A stretch of DNA of 60,050 nt, the filler included, from Asterionella formosa (Eukaryota): the NCBI GenBank assembly GCA_002256025.1. It is 8 parts of 8 records of this genome, joined end to end, with 100 filler letters (N's around TTAATTAATTAA, not from the genome) between each part and the next. Parts side by side here need not be neighbours in the genome. Positions count along the whole stretch, not along the records: positions 52,646 to 60,050 come from NKIB01012457.1; 7 more parts are not named here. One strand, 5' to 3'. The notes under the pieces were generated by a model. That model was not told where the DNA came from. It saw nothing but the letters and a program-made list of their open reading frames with translations, and did no database searches. The position numbers and the translations under genes are program-made. Positions 58,923-60,050 of this stretch are shown piece by piece (the first letter of the stretch is position 1; every line of letters starts with the position of its first letter).

Positions 58923-60050
58923 TTAAGTAGCTGACTGCTCCCAATCTGGTCGGGAGTCACCACCTCCCTCTGTGTTGGCTCCTTCGACCCCTTCTGGTTC
59001 TGGCTGCATCCAAAGATGACCCCAAGGTCTACCTTTGTCATCAAAATCAGATTCCAACAGAACTCCTCCTCCAACTGTTCCTCCGACGCTCATGGTGGCA
59101 AGAGCATCTCGTAAGGAGTAGTAGGCTTCTTTCCTTTGATAGTCTTTGTCAAAGACTAATGGCTCGTCTTCGTAATAAAAGTTTGATACCCACGTATGAC
59201 GATCTGTAAATCCCCACAACCATATCCCATCAAATGCAGGTTCTGTAAGTGCCGCTGCCACAATGTCGTGATAAATTTGTTTTTGTGCCACTTGTCGAAG
59301 AGTTGGGGGTAGTTGTGACACACGAACATCCATTTCACTGATATTGACCGAAAGGCCAAGGTCTCCCAATCGTCTGATTTGTTCTTTAACACTCCTTGGC
59401 GTTGGACATCTAGAACGTCCAACTCCTGCAGCATTAAAGTGAGCTTGAATCCCACATCCATGGATTGGAACCTTTCTGTGTACAAGATCTGCCAACAATT
59501 GATAAAAGGCCTCTGACTTGCAGGACCCAATCCCTTCGACTTTATTATCATTGTACAGCAACGTACACGTCGGATCACATTCATGTGCCCATCGGAAACA
59601 CTGCTCAATATAGTTAGGCCCCAACTTGCGCAAGAAGATTGTATCTGCCAGTGTCCCATCTGGTGCCAGTGCTTCATTGACAACATCCCAAACCATGATA
59701 CGCCCCCGAAAATGTCCCATGGTGGTAAAGATATGTCGCTTCAGTTGTTCACCTACTTGTTCTGGTGTTAACATGTCATTGTCCGTGATGAAGGAAGGGG
59801 TCGTAACATGCCAACACAAGACATGTCCCTTCACTTTCATTTTGTGTTCAATGGCCCAATCGACAATCGCATCAGCATGATGAAAGTCATATCGTCCCAC
59901 GCGAGTACTGGGCGTTCCCGATTCCAATGGTCCTGGTAAATCATGGCAAAGTGGTCCCCATTTTAAATGATGTTCCACAACAATGGCATTCATTTCACGG
60001 CCAAGGACTTTTGCGTACTGGGAGTCATTGAGGAGAGGTTGGGGCAATAC
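58923..60050 (-). CDS. Glycoside hydrolase family 10 (endo-1,4-beta-xylanase-like), 5'-partial
   Basis: KGHVLCWH, WDVVNE (acid/base), LYND, GIQAH, ISEMD (nucleophile) and WGFTDRHTW. The frame is open to the window end. Confidence 0.9.
   Translation of the reverse strand, partial: VLPQPLLNDSQYAKVLGREMNAIVVEHHLKWGPLCHDLPGPLESGTPSTRVGRYDFHHADAIVDWAIEHKMKVKGHVLCWHVTTPSFITDNDMLTPEQVGEQLKRHIFTTMGHFRGRIMVWDVVNEALAPDGTLADTIFLRKLGPNYIEQCFRWAHECDPTCTLLYNDNKVEGIGSCKSEAFYQLLADLVHRKVPIHGCGIQAHFNAAGVGRSRCPTPRSVKEQIRRLGDLGLSVNISEMDVRVSQLPPTLRQVAQKQIYHDIVAAALTEPAFDGIWLWGFTDRHTWVSNFYYEDEPLVFDKDYQRKEAYYSLRDALATMSVGGTVGGGVLLESDFDDKGRPWGHLWMQPEPEGVEGANTEGGGDSRPDWEQSAT

Overview
Eukaryotic DNA, almost certainly from a diatom: compact genes with short GT-AG introns, ASAFAP-type bipartite plastid presequences, and CoDi-type copia, Ambal-like LINE and Crypton-like relics. 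The window is not one locus. It is eight ~7.4-kb scaffolds joined by artificial 100-nt N/TTAATTAATTAA/N linkers in decreasing length order, so neighbourhood across linkers means nothing. About 17 protein genes are supported: GT8-like glycosyltransferase, FMN reductase, periplastid-type Hsp70, aldo-keto reductase, SPX-MFS transporter, BAR protein, MSH2, a binding-protein/FMO fusion, an AlkB-SRA fusion, APE1/DUF2854, two ankyrin-type proteins, a diatom-specific ORF, RBMX2, REXO4-like exonuclease, a SnoaL-membrane fusion and a partial GH10. There are also several TE relics and two satellites. Best leads: (1) a PhnD-like binding protein fused to a flavin monooxygenase through a linker resembling a second mitochondrial presequence (possible MPP-cleaved polyprotein); (2) the AlkB-SRA reader/eraser fusion; (3) dispersed quasi-palindromic (TACCWGG)n arrays, often at TE breakpoints; (4) a candidate box C/D snoRNA in the Hsp70 intron; (5) an MSH2 apparently lacking domain I. 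All family calls are motif recognition by eye; no searches were run.
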